From Auanema rhodensis (Eukaryota; Animalia; Nematoda), in NCBI GenBank assembly GCA_964057225.1, contig OZ059896.1, positions 7,068,001 through 7,132,000 on the forward strand: a stretch of DNA of 64,000 nt. The letters are read 5' to 3'. The notes below the pieces were generated by a model. The model ran no database searches, had not been told where the DNA came from, and saw nothing but the letters and a program-made list of their open reading frames with translations. Position 1 is the stretch's first letter. Each line of letters starts with the position of its first letter. Below are positions 11,729 through 24,685 of the stretch, piece after piece. The position numbers and the translations under genes were made by a program.

Positions 11729-13617
11729 CTACTTGCGTCCAAAACGAATCAAAGGAGATGAAGCAGCTGGAGAACGTCCAAATCTCACAATTGGGGCTCC
11801 CATACTACGTCCAAATCTGAAATTTGTTAAATGATTTCTGATTATATGTTTATAGTTTGATTTGATAAATCACAAAAATATATTAGTTGTTTTAAAATAT
11901 TATTGAGAGAGAAACTACAGTACCTGATGAGAGGTGCTCCTGCACTTCTCTTTCCAAAACGGATGAGAGGTGAAGCTTCTGGTGCACGCCCAAATCTGAA
12001 AATGGATTGAAAGATTAAATTATTTTCAAAAACGAAATGAATTGCTTAGCAAAAAAATATCTAACTACCTGATTATAGGGGCGGATGCCTCTTCCATACT
12101 TCTTTTACCAAAACGAATTAATGGTGATGCCTCAGGAGCACGTCCAAATCTGAAAAAACGAAATATCGAAAAGTAAATATTGAACATTGCAAGCATATTT
12201 TTTTTATAAAATGATTAAAAAGAATTGATGATTTGATATGAATATCAGTTAGTTTTTTGCAAAAACCATTTGTATTATATTCAATATTTGCAATCTAATC
12301 TAATAATATTTATATGATCTTGTATCATCTTATATTTATGTTTATCATAAAGTTTAATTGGACTATCTTTTCAATCAAAGTTCTATATAAAGCTGGACAA
12401 GATGTTGAAACTTCACTCATTCGCCACATCTCGTCTTCAAACCAACATGCATCTCCAACTTATCTTTATCAGCTCTTTGGCTGTTATCATGCTAACTTCG
12501 GCTTGTGCTCCCCCAGCAAACCCTGCAGAACCAGAAAATGGTGGAGGAGAACGTAAACGTCGCTCTGTTGCTACTGTGGACGATTCAGCTTTCCTTTCTA
12601 TTACAATTGTCACTAATCAAGCTTTTAATGCCGAAACTAACACGGCTAACATGAACCGAGTACGTGATCTGATTGAAGCTTTTGAAGTTCATCATAACAT
12701 CACTTATGATGTTGATCGTCTCCAACATGAAGCTCGCTCAATTGGAGGAAAATTGGCTGTTCATTATCAGATGAATGAATCATGCCAGAAGGTAACCAAC
12801 TTTGTCAGCCAAATTCGTCAAGTTTACACAGAGATGATCGCCTACGGATTAATTCATTGCCCCGGACACGCATTAACTGTTGTTTAATTGCAATCAATAA
12901 ATTCATTTTTTATGTTAACTTTTCCTTTATTATATAATTTTAATTTTGTATATTATTCACCTAATTAGAGGAGCTGAAGCTTCTTGAGAACCAGATCGTT
13001 TGCCGAATCTAATCAATGGGGATGCCAACTCCTAAAAAGCAAAATTTTGCAAAAAAAAAAATAAAAAGCATCGCAAAGAGCAACTATATGTTATAACATT
13101 ACAAGATCTAATTGTAAAAATAAAATAAAAACATGTTTCTTTGTTCCATAATCCAAGAGTCAATCAGATATTCATAAGCTTTCATAAAAGTTTTACTATT
13201 TTGAAAAAAAAACGTAGGTTTACTTTTTTTTTCAAATGTTAACTAGTATATTGACAAATACTATTATTTTTTTTTATAGTATTGAATGTTATAAAGTTTA
13301 TTATCACCTCATATGATCTTCCAAAGCGGTAAATATCTTCACTTCTCTTTGATGTGGGATCTAAAACTAAAATGTTTACTATTATATATATATTTGTAGA
13401 ATTATGAAAAAAAAAACATATTTAATTGAATAATATTAAAAGATCAAAAGATAAAAGATCTCTTTACTCTGTAACTTTTAACTCAAATTGACTTACATTC
13501 GCCTTCAAGCATTCGGATCTCGCTGGAATCAAAAGCTTGTCCAACAGAAAGAACCGCAAGGAAAAGGCAGAAGCAAAAAGCTGTAGAAGAAGATGAATAG
13601 TATCTCGTAGACATCAT
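11729..13617 (-). CDS. flp-13: FMRFamide-like neuropeptide precursor FLP-13 (6 coding exons)
   Basis: Signal peptide followed by AFDSSEIRML, then repeated (S/A)PLIRFG-R/KR units including APEASPLIRFG twice; ends FGRK*. Confidence 0.93.
12384..12391 (+). promoter_or_regulatory. TATA box of the nested secreted gene
   Basis: TATATAAA about 25-30 nt upstream of an initiator-like TTCACTC and about 55 nt upstream of ATG 12447. Confidence 0.6.
12447..12887 (+). CDS. Intronless secreted protein (signal peptide, CAP N-terminus, RKRR proprotein-convertase site, ~110 aa mature domain with 2 Cys), nested antisense in flp-13 intron 3
   Basis: 146 aa ORF MHLQLIFISSLAVIMLTSACAPP..GGGERKRRSV..; TATATAAA at 12384-12391 and AATAAA at 12896-12901; codon usage (cgt, aac, ttc) resembles troponin I. 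Confidence 0.85.
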   Translation: MHLQLIFISSLAVIMLTSACAPPANPAEPENGGGERKRRSVATVDDSAFLSITIVTNQAFNAETNTANMNRVRDLIEAFEVHHNITYDVDRLQHEARSIGGKLAVHYQMNESCQKVTNFVSQIRQVYTEMIAYGLIHCPGHALTVV

Positions 13618-16600
13618 CGTTGTGCTGTTTTTCAAATTTATTTGATTAAAAGTAATAATTAAATAAATTTAAAAAGCTGAGTCCGTAAAGGATAGAATGT
13701 GTATATGTTGGCGTCGTCTGGTGACAGACAGAAGCCGGGGACCGAGTTTGACGTTGAACTGAAAAATGAATCTGAATGATATGCAGAGCATACGAGAGAG
13801 CAAAAGTATAAGAAAGAAAAAGAACTTCAATATACGGAAATTACTCTTCTAAATATGGTAATGAGAGAAGTTTAGATGAATTGATGATAGACATAGAAGA
13901 AGGAATATGAGGCGGAAAAAGAAGCATAAGATGTCTATTTGAAGACAAAATGAAAATGCCGGAAGATCAAATGGTGAAGAAAACTGGACGATGAGAGAAC
14001 AACAGAGGGCATTGCATCATCATTTACTCATTTGTTCCTGACGTATATATACTATATACTATATATACTATGCTATATATATATTATATATGATAGCTAT
14101 GATGGAATGAGCAATAAGCAATGTTAAGAGTAAGTGAAGCACTCAATAGTAGTGAGTTGTTGAACAGTTTAGTTGAAATGAGGCTGTACATGAAATATAA
14201 TAATATCAAATTACAAGTGGATATGCTTAAATACTGGAAATGACGTGCAATATCAAAATTAAACCAATATAGAATGATTAATAGGAAATTATGAAGTATG
14301 CTGTAAGATGTCTCAGGTAATTGAAGAGTATTTTAAGAAATAAAAAAAATGGCAATTTGATCTTTTGATCGTCGTTGATATAACCTTAAAGATTATGAAA
14401 TATATATATTAAAATACATCATATTTATTTAAAATAAGAAACATTTCAATATAATATACTAATAATATGAAATAATAATAAATTATTTATGAAAAACGTT
14501 TTTTTGGAGACAAATGAGACGAACGAAAAGATGATCTTGATGTCTCCTTCATCTTAATCCATTGGATGAAATTATGGAAAAGCTATTGAGAATAGTCAAG
14601 CTTTTCTTATTTTTCCCATCAAAATATATATTATATATATTTATAAATAAAAGAAAAAAAACTATTAGATCTTTATAAAACAAAATTTGTCAGAAAATAA
14701 AGTTAAAAGATTTCTGAAATAATTTACTATGTTATTTTGAATATTACAATGAGATTATGGTTTGAAGTAAATGAAATTAGTTGTTAAGGTAATACAAACT
14801 TCAACAACAAAAATTGAACTTAATACATTCAAATATTTCTTTTATGTTTTAATTAAATAATTCTTCTGACAGCTTTTAGTTTAAATCAATCTACAGATGT
14901 CTTTTGAATACATTTTTTAAAAAATACTTTGGAAGAAATTAAATTAGAAACCATTAGATGAATAGATGGGGGCGGTCGAAGCTTGATCAGTAGAGATAAT
15001 GAGTAAAATTAAAATTAGTTAGAAGTCAGATTTCGTTTTCCAACATTAAAAATTTAGAAAATGAATTTTATTCTTAGATATTGGTTTGATCACAAAATTG
15101 ATTTTGGTGGAAGAAGAGGAGAGACCACAACCTTATTTGAACCTATTAGCGTGATTTGATATCGAAGCAGCAGTTTACTTCAAAATGCCACTATTGGCTG
15201 CTCCTGAAGTATACAAAAGAGCTTAATATAGCTGGAGGCAAAGCGACGAATATAAAAACATCACATTTCGGCTACCGAGATCAGCTTCCGACATTGATGT
15301 CGTTCTCCGCATTCGTTCGTCCCTGCGTAAACCGGAAGCAGAACGCTGGGAATTTTCATCAGTAAGCTGTTTGCTATTGGCTTTGCCAAAGCACGGTATC
15401 CAGGAAAATTCATAGTAGCAATCTTGAAGATATAGGTTTTTTGAAATAACTACCAGACAAGGTAGGAAAAGGCAATGTAAATGAGACTTGAAGTTAGGCT
15501 GATGGAGAATATATACGGGTCTGATGTAGATCGGAAATCAGACTATGATCTAGATTCTATTTATTATATTATATTATGTCTATATGCATATACATATATA
15601 CCTCTTACAAAGATAAGAGACGTGTTTTGTAAAATAGATGGATACCATAAAGAGAAGTAGCTACGTCAACCAATTGAGTTGACGTCAGAAACATGAGCTG
15701 TCGCTAATGTTATCTGGAGAGCATATGAGGTCTGTTTGAGATAATTCAACTCAGAAAATTCAACAATAAACCTATAAATGAGCAATTTGTCTTTTGTTTC
15801 AAGTTATGGAAGTAGTATGAAAGCAAAACAGTGGAAGATAGGGAAGTCTACATTATGAGAGAGAAGGAATCATTGCAGAGAGGGAGGGCAGCAAGTGGTG
15901 GGAGGAGATTTCGACAAGGTAATTGAAGATGGAATCCTAACCATGATGAGACTTTTCCCAAAGTTTATTCATATAAAGATGAACTATACTTAATATGTTC
16001 CTGTTCAGGTTATATCTTTTCTCTCCCACTTTTCTATTTTTCTCTTTTACAGAATATAAAATGTCATTTTTCTTCCACCCTCACCAATTTAACATCTAAC
16101 ACAACTAGTTAATTTAATTTTTTGTTATATTTGAGAACAATTATAAATAAAAAAGAATCTAAAATAAATAAAAAAAGTTTTTCGATATATTAAGAGAATT
16201 CTATCACATCATATTTTCGATTTTTAGTGAATTATGAAAGCACACAGTGAAATTACAATATTTGAAATATGATTGAGTATGTTCATTAAAGATAATAAAC
16301 TTTATTTTTGTAAAATTTTTAATGATTTTCTTATATTTCTAAAATTAAATATATTTATTTATATCTAATTTGAATTCATAAGATTATTTCATAAAATATC
16401 TATATATTTATATATAGAATATAAAAATATATTATATTTAAATTTATAAGTATATAAATATGTATTAATTTTAATTTTTCTTTTATTCTAATTCAATAAT
16501 CAATATTTTTCTTTTTTTTTCTTTTAAAGGTAAAATATTTAAAGTACTTTTCATTATTTCGTTTTAGAATACTAATGATTACAGTTTAATAGAATGGAAA

Positions 16601-17229
16601 TATATGGATGAATGTATTATGTTTACGATAGAGATAGAAGAGATCTATTATATATTTTATTTATTTAAAAATTAATTTTAAACTAATTTTATTCTTTTTC
16701 TTTTATATTTTTTATTTATTTTTTTAAATATAATATTCTATATAGTATATCTAAAGTACCAAACTTCTTCTACTTGAATACTAAGCTTTCAAACTACAAA
16801 CGTTAATTTAATATATATTTTTTTGTAAAAAGTCAAAACACAAACGTTTTCGTTTTTTAATTGAAATAAAGAAAAATATTTAGTAAGAGTTTAGCAAGAA
16901 ATACAAGGAATATATGGTCAATAATTATTATATTTTGATTCTACAAATATTATTTCGTTCTTTGATTTAAATTATATAATATATGTCAGAATATGAAAAT
17001 TTATTTTGATGTATATAACTATATATATTATATAATTTGACTTTTTATCATAAAAATATGAATAAGTAAGTATATATGCATTTGAAAATAAGCTTAATTT
17101 CAAAGACAGATTTACTTACTTATTCATATGACATACTTAATTATCAATTAAGTCTTTGTTGAAATAACTCTTCAGAATCACTTGAATTTAAACATAATTT
17201 GTATATACATAAGTACTTCTAATGACCTT

Positions 17230-20218
17230 ATGATGATGAATATATTCAAAAATTATTTTAACATCAGTATGGAAATAAAGAGAATCATTCAAAAGACATG
17301 TTGTTATGTATACAACCAAAAATACATAAACTAATTAAAAGAAACTTTTTTTTCTTTTTTTCCACAATTATTGAGATTATTTCTAAAAGTTTAATAAGAA
17401 AAGTATCATCAATTCAATATACAATATGACTGAAGTTGGTCAAGATGACACACCACATGCAAAGACAAACGAGAAATGGTGGTCGGCTTAGAAATTGTTG
17501 AATACTATCATATTTCATGAACTAACTTACCTACATACATCCATATACATATGTTTCTTTCATATTTTACATGAAAATACCTATCACACATCAATTTTGT
17601 TTTAAAATTTCAACTATACAACCAGTAGAGCATGTTGTTGATGAACCCAAAAATAAAAATTCTGCCATAGCGGATCAGGAAAAGCAGGCGTTCAGCCGAA
17701 AAAACATTTTCTCTCTTTAACTTAAAGAAATCGAATTACTTGAATATAATTATGGTTTTTAAATACAAAGACAAAGGATAATTTTATACACAATCGTGTT
17801 TCAAAAAGGTTTTTTTTAACTTAAAAAGTAAGACATTTAACTCTTCATACATTATCTAATATTCTCTCAGAAAAAAGAAGATGAAGTTATAACAACCAAA
17901 AGCAAGGTACATCCGCCTTTTTAGAAACAAAAAAATTTAAAATGATGTGTACAAAGAAATAAGTTGTTCTTAAAGAACAATAGAAGAGTTTAAACATTAT
18001 TAATGAAAGTGCTTTTAATAGAGATTTCAAAAAAAAAAAAAAAAAAGAAGTTAATTCTTGGTCGTTAGCTCGTTAACAGATCTAAAAAGCTGAAGCATGT
18101 TTTTAGATTTTGGCAATAGAGATGACGAGAAAAAGAAAAGGAAGACAACAATATTCATATTAAAATACATCAAAGATCCGTATATCTTGTATGACTTCTG
18201 GATTGGGAACAACGTTTTTAAAATTAATTTCAAAAAATGAATTCAAAAAATAATATGAATGAATCTGAACAACTATATATGAGTATATATATTTATATAT
18301 TATATATAGTTATATAGATATATACTTATATTACTATTATATGTATCTTGTTTATTTATTTATTTGCTACTATCTATTTCTTTAGCATAGTATTATTCCA
18401 GGATCAAATAGAGAAAAAGAGAGGTTTGAGAAGAAAACAATTAGCTTACGTACTCGAGAAAGACAATAAAAAAGTGATAAAAATAGAGAAAAAATAATTT
18501 TTTTGGCACTAATTTCATATAATTTTACCTTATAATTCATAGCATATCAAATATCAATTTTTTAAATTATTAAACATAGATAATGTGGACCTAAAAAGAA
18601 GCTTAGCTAGATGCAATACACGAAGAGATTTGCTGTCATGATTACTCCATTTTCAATTTTATATGCATCATGCAGGCGGTACTCAAAAACCTAAAATGAA
18701 AACAAAGAATTGAGAAAGAGAGAGAGAGAGAGAGAAAAGCTGAAGAGAGAGAGAGAGAGAGATCGGATAAAGAGGAAAGAGGGTGAAGTGAGATTTTCGA
18801 AAATATCAAACGCAATTTCTGATTTCACCTGATCATTGCTAATAATATTGACATTTGATACTTTTCCGTACTCATGTGCATTGTTTTATAATTCTATTTC
18901 ATTTTCATCTATTCTTACATTCTCACCATCTTAATATATTCATCCTCTACTATCTGTACTTGCTTATATTATAATATAATCATCTAACTATTTCTTTCAT
19001 ACAGACAATGTACTCATAAACTTTCTGCAACAAAAAATCAAATTATCATATTAAAATAATTTTTATAAAAATATAATATACTATTTTCTATATTATATTT
19101 TAAACTAATATATGTATAGTATTTACATATAAATATTTTTAAATTTATTATATTAAATAAAAACTTTGTCTTTAGAATTATGTTACCATAAGTATAGAAT
19201 AAAAACTCAGATAGTATAAAGCTTAATTCTTCAGAATTCGTGCAAAAAAAAAAGATTGGAAATAAGCTAAAACGTTAAAGAACAAAAACACATATATGTA
19301 TATTATAATTTATAAATATATGTATGTATGTAATATGCTATTAAAAGAATGAACAGTATGCTTGATAATCTAATCATGTAACTATTCCTATTTTTTGATT
19401 ATAAAATAATTTTTGAAAAACATTTCTCTTGTATTTTAATTTGGAAACAACATAATACTATATGTTCAAATGATCTAGTAAAGTGAAGCTGAATACTTAA
19501 TATAAGTAATATTTAAATGCTAGCTTTTTCACAACAATATATAGTATATAATTAAGAATATTAGATAAGTAATAGATAAGATCAAGAAGAAAAAAAATCA
19601 TATTAGTAAAAGAATAAAAGTACTATATGTACTAAGAAGTAAAAGTTCTAAACTAAAATATTCGAAATTTAATCAAATGCAACCGATATAAAAGTATCAT
19701 ACATCATTAAATGAATTTTTCCACGTAAATTTTCACGTAGTTTAATCAGAGATACGTTATTAAGGTCATGACGTATTTAGAAGTTTATATAAATATAAAT
19801 AAATAAGAAGATAAAGCATATTGAAATATATAAAATACGAAATATTCTTTGAATATGTATTACATACTTTTTTTTTGTATTTTTCGTTTTAATTAATTAT
19901 ATTATATATAAGAATGTGACTCACATGAGGAATGAAACAAATTAAAAATAAAGATTAAAGCAAAACACGAGTTTCATAAAAAAATTTGATTTTTTACGGT
20001 TCATTCCACTGTTCCGCCTACATAGTTGTCTTTGAAAACTTCTCAACACTGCAATGAATTCTCTTCATCACAATATATTTGGAAGTTTACCATTTAAAAA
20101 ACTGTAGAAGGATACTAAAACAGGTAAACTATATGAAAAATACGGCAATGTAGAGACGGCTGCTATTCTTTGAAGTTCATATAATATTAAAAACAATAAA
20201 ATAGCTTTGATATACGTA

Positions 20219-20253
<35 letters not shown>

Positions 20254-20467
20254 TAATATATATGAAAATTAGATATGCTATAAATGTATATGTTCCTATA
20301 TGATTCAGTTTTGCAGATGCAATTAACTAAGCTTTCTTCATGAAGTACTGCAAAACCGTATTACTTCACCAATAATCTCGACGATGCAAATGAAAATCAG
20401 GTTGTATATCAGGAAAGCAACAGAAGCATGAGTATTAGTTGAGTTGGAACTAATCGGGATTGACATG
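17230..20467 (-). CDS. Putative divergent multi-exon membrane protein (chemoreceptor/7TM-like); model incomplete
   Basis: Phase-compatible small exons: MSIPISSNSTNTHASVAFLIYNLIFICIVEII / AAVSTLPYFSYSLPVLVSFYSFLN / KKNLFETRLCIKLSFVF / ENVFSAERLLFLIRYGRIFIFGFINNMLY / WYFHVKYEKKHMYMDVC / SIQQFLSRPPFLVCLCMWCVILTNF. The 3' end was not found. Confidence 0.3.
18716..18762. repeat. Interrupted (GA)n microsatellite
   Basis: Two GA runs separated by aaagctga. Confidence 0.85.
20222..20250. repeat. (TA)n microsatellite
   Basis: About 14 TA units. Confidence 0.9.
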
Positions 20468-22906
20468 TTGAGGTAAAGATATCACCATAACATCGAATAG
20501 GATAACGCATAGCTTGCTACTGGAGATTCCAGGAGGGGGCCATTGCCAATGAAAGCTAAATCAGAATTCTATCAGCTTTTGAAGCTAAAGGCTCCACCCA
20601 TTCACCTCCTCTTCTTGATTAAATTCATCGTCATGGTCATTATGGAAAGATCACAACGGTGAACTCCGCCTACAAAATTAAACGAAAAACTAATGACGTC
20701 AGCTATAACTTGGAAATATTATGAAATTAAAGAAAAAATACAAAAAATATGTGAGAAAATAACGAGGATATTTAGAGAAGAATGTCTGCTGCAAATGCTG
20801 GTAAATAGAAAAAACATATTTTATTTTGTCTGTTGTTATACAATATGGAACTTGTAAGTTCATTAAGAATTCTTTGTTACTTGCTTAAGGACTGATACAC
20901 TTATCATTCAGCATCTGTTTCTCAAAATGCCTGATATCTGATGTCATGTTTGAATGAAATGTTTAGTTACTGTCAACTTCTTTATATGTATATTTAATAC
21001 AAATTTTATGTATATTTAATGAATTTTCCTAGAAAAATTCATAAGAAATCATGAATATTACAATTGCAGTTATGAAAGTTGTAACTGTTAAAATCAAATG
21101 CATCTAAAAACATAAATGGACAACAGCCATATGTACCACAAAACAAAAAATAAGAAAAATATATCGCTCTCAAACATAAGCATCAACTCTATTTAGCGAA
21201 TTTCAATTTTTTTTTTCAAATTTTTCAAAGATGTTCTTCACACGAGACATTGTGGGAAGAAAAGCAATATGTTATACATTTCGATGCACAATTATCAGCT
21301 TCTAGCTTGAAACCTTATACGAACTACATTCGTTTTTCTTTTAAAAAAAAGAGAAAAAAATCGTTGTGGTCATTCAGTTGGTTCAATTGTTCTATTTAAT
21401 TCTAATGAAAAATAACATTAAAAATAATGTTGTTTTCTCAATATTCAGGATATTTTCAGCTGTATAATACCTGAACTTTGATAAATTATAAATTTTAATA
21501 ATCTACCAGTATAAAATGTACAAGATGAGATAATGTTTGATATTTATGATATTCTTATTCAAGACTACAAATGAGTTTCTCATTTTCATACACACAGTTA
21601 TCTTTGAAATAGCACTTTTTTTCAATAAAAGCAATGCATTGTCCTTTTAGACTTCAATCTCGCTTTTAATTTGAAAATTCGTGTTTAATAAAGGTATATA
21701 TTACTTTTCTTTTTGTAATTTTTTATATTATTTTAGTATATTTGTATCTACATAAATCAACTATCTAATTTATATAATAGGAATGAATAAAGCTAAATAC
21801 ATATACCACTCACTTCATTATCGTTATTATAACTACGGTATATGTACGTATATTGAAGCTTTCTCTCTTCATATAAACCAAATTTTACTAATAGATTTGA
21901 AGCTATTATGTTGTTCTTCCTACCAATACGAAGATGCTTTAGCAGTACAATCTCTATTAAGAGGAAATGAACCTGAATTTGGTTATTTAGCGCATAATAG
22001 AAGCTTTTAGTCAAATTGATAGTAGGCGAGATGCGACAAAACAATCAAATCATGATACCGCCAATGAATTTAAATCAACACAGTACTTTACGCAAAACAC
22101 AAAGATTCTCCTAATTTTTTTTTTCCAATTTTGAAGTATATTTTGGAATTTTACAACGGAAATGGAACTGGTCATTACGATGTCTCGTTGCAGTATTTCT
22201 CCCATTAACTCCAAATTTGAAAAAAAAATTTTGAATATATTCTAGGTTCATTTTGAATTTTCGTATAAATAATAGCGTAAATGATCTCAAAGTAATAGAG
22301 ACAGCTTTTAAAGAAAAATTCAAACTTACCACTTACATCTCAGTTTCAATATAATTTTAACTAATAAGAAAAATCTAACCAACATTCGGTAAATATTAAT
22401 TGGTCATCGAGTTGCCTGCGGCTATTTAAAGATTCTAAGTGGACAAAACATAGGCTCAATTCCTCATTTTAATATAGTTTTAAGGATTAAAATCTTGGAA
22501 AAGAAATTTTATTGATAGTTATATATATACATATATATATATATATAACGTCCTGAATATATGTGCAAACGAAGGAAGCTAAGAGCAGAACGAGAATCGT
22601 ATAACTACATGTTAATGCAAAAGAATGGAGTTCTAAAACTAACGTAGAACATTAGCAATAACCAAGCATATCCCGAGAAAAAATTAGAATACTGTCGTAC
22701 TTCAAGGCAAGTAGGGAAAATTATTTGGCTAGAAATGTCTTTAAACTTATTGGAAGGCAAGAGCTATTTTAACAACAGGCAAGATAACAAATTAAGTCTA
22801 AGAGAGCAATATAAAGAATTAGAATTATACAAAAACAATTTAACGGATTCAATATTTAAATCCGTGTAATTTGATCTAGAATACAGATAGGAGATTATCA
22901 CAAGCT

Positions 22907-24685
22907 TCAAACTTCTTTTTTCGAGGTAACAAGCCCAGTAACCAAGCGGAACACCTGAAATATTCATAAGTAAGCTTTTTGCGGTAGTTTTCCAGATGCT
23001 GATGCTTCAGCTTTGAGAAAAAAGAAGGCAAACAATATAAATAACATTTTGATTACTTACCCCACCAATAGTTTGGAAAACTCGACTACTCTCAAACTGT
23101 CCTGTTCCCCAAAACCGGAATTCTTCTTCCTTGGCATATTTTCTCTTCATTCTTGATCGTAGACTCATTTTAGGATTTGTAGCGAAATCGTACATCATCC
23201 AAACCCAGCTATCATGTACTTTCAGACCATTATAGTATTCGGGTGCAATTTGACGAACCTAAACAATATAGATTGTTTATAAGAAGGATATTTGAAAGGT
23301 ATGAAATAAATTTGCTTAAATTTCAAATATAGTAAATACATATTGAATTGGCTGATGAATTACTTGAAGGTCAATAAATAAGTTATAATGCCAATTGAAA
23401 ATGAATTGTATTATATTACTAAAGAAGTAGTTAGTAACATAATCCAATTATGACTTAAGACTATAGAAAAAACTATAATAGGAGAATATGAAAAAAAACT
23501 TGAAATAATATAGAGCGCATTCAGGGATTGTTCAAAAAAAGTTTTTTTTCTCATAAATCAATATTGGACTAAATGCTTACTTTGGGTAGATTACAGCCCG
23601 GAATGAATGGGAAATCGTGATGTTCAACATGATAACCAACGTTGAAGGTAACCTTATTAATTGGCCCATAATAACTGCAAATTTCTTTATAAATAAAGCT
23701 ATAAAATGAAACAAAAATACCTGTAGGTTTCCTGACCAGGCTCAAAAATATAATGTTCTGAAACGTAATGACCAGCAAGAGGATGTAGACCCATTCCAAG
23801 TACAAAGCCGATGACAAGATAAGCCATAGCTTTTGGTCCCAGAGTATAGTAAATAGTTAAGTCAAAAAGCAACTGGATCATAAGATTTACAATTTCAAGA
23901 TCAGTCAAAGACTAAAAAGTAAAATTAATTAATCAAATCGTGCTTCTTCATTTACCTTAGGATAGATAAGGAAAGGTCTAGTTCCATAGAAAACAGGTTG
24001 TAAAAACATCCATACGGTTTTACCAAAAGTATTATTAAAAACGCGGGCCTCGAATTCAGTTGGTACATCGGTATCAATAATATCCTCTCCTAAAGAAAAT
24101 AAAAATTACTAATATTTCAAAATATTTCAAAGATGAAACCTAAATTCCTATGGTGTTCAAGATGGTACTTCTTGAAAGATATGGAAATTGGAATGAGTAG
24201 AGGTAAATTTGCAACAAAGCCGAATATTCTGTTCTGGAAACTACTATAATTATTGATGATTACTGAAATTTTCAAACAGCAAGAGGTTTAGCACATCCAA
24301 AAGCCTGGTTATGACTGATTTCATGAATCGCCAACGTTAAGGAGTGATTGAATGTTCCTGATACCAGATAAGCTTGTAAAATAATAAGAAGCCAGTCAGA
24401 ATCTTCAAATTATTATATTGTAAAATAAAAACATTTGTAAACATACCTTTTAACAAATAGGCAAAGAAAATCTGAGCTAAAACCATACATACTACAACGA
24501 TCTTAAACGCTGGATCTTGCCCAAAGAGTTCTTTTATTTCCGGATGTTTTTTCAGTATCTCTACTCTTCTAAAATTTTAAATGATATGTAAAAGGAGGAT
24601 TAGATGATTCGAGTAAATACCTGGTCGCATGAGGTTCTTCCGTATATGACCATTGAAAATCCGCTTTGGTTACGGCTTGACCCAT
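22907..24685 (-). CDS. Sphingolipid delta(4)-desaturase / C4-hydroxylase (DEGS family)
   Basis: [22 protein letters not shown]..; three His boxes HEISH, HLEHH, HVEHH; [14 protein letters not shown]; the spliced terminal exon gives an ER-retrieval end VTSKKEV*. Confidence 0.95.

Noticed and set aside
12314-12556. Overlapping 80-aa ORF, and ATG 12402 as start of the nested gene
   Set aside because: The 80-aa ORF is an alternate frame; ATG 12402 lies only about 10 nt past the TATA box, upstream of the likely TSS, while ATG 12447 gives a clean signal peptide
15263-15362. Hammerhead-like CTGATGA..GAAA on the - strand
   Set aside because: No closing stem II and no stems I/III around a cleavage triplet could be formed
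23007-23060. Read-through C-terminus of the desaturase ([11 protein letters not shown]..)
   Set aside because: A strong gtaagt donor and a tatttcag acceptor give a better KKEV* terminus
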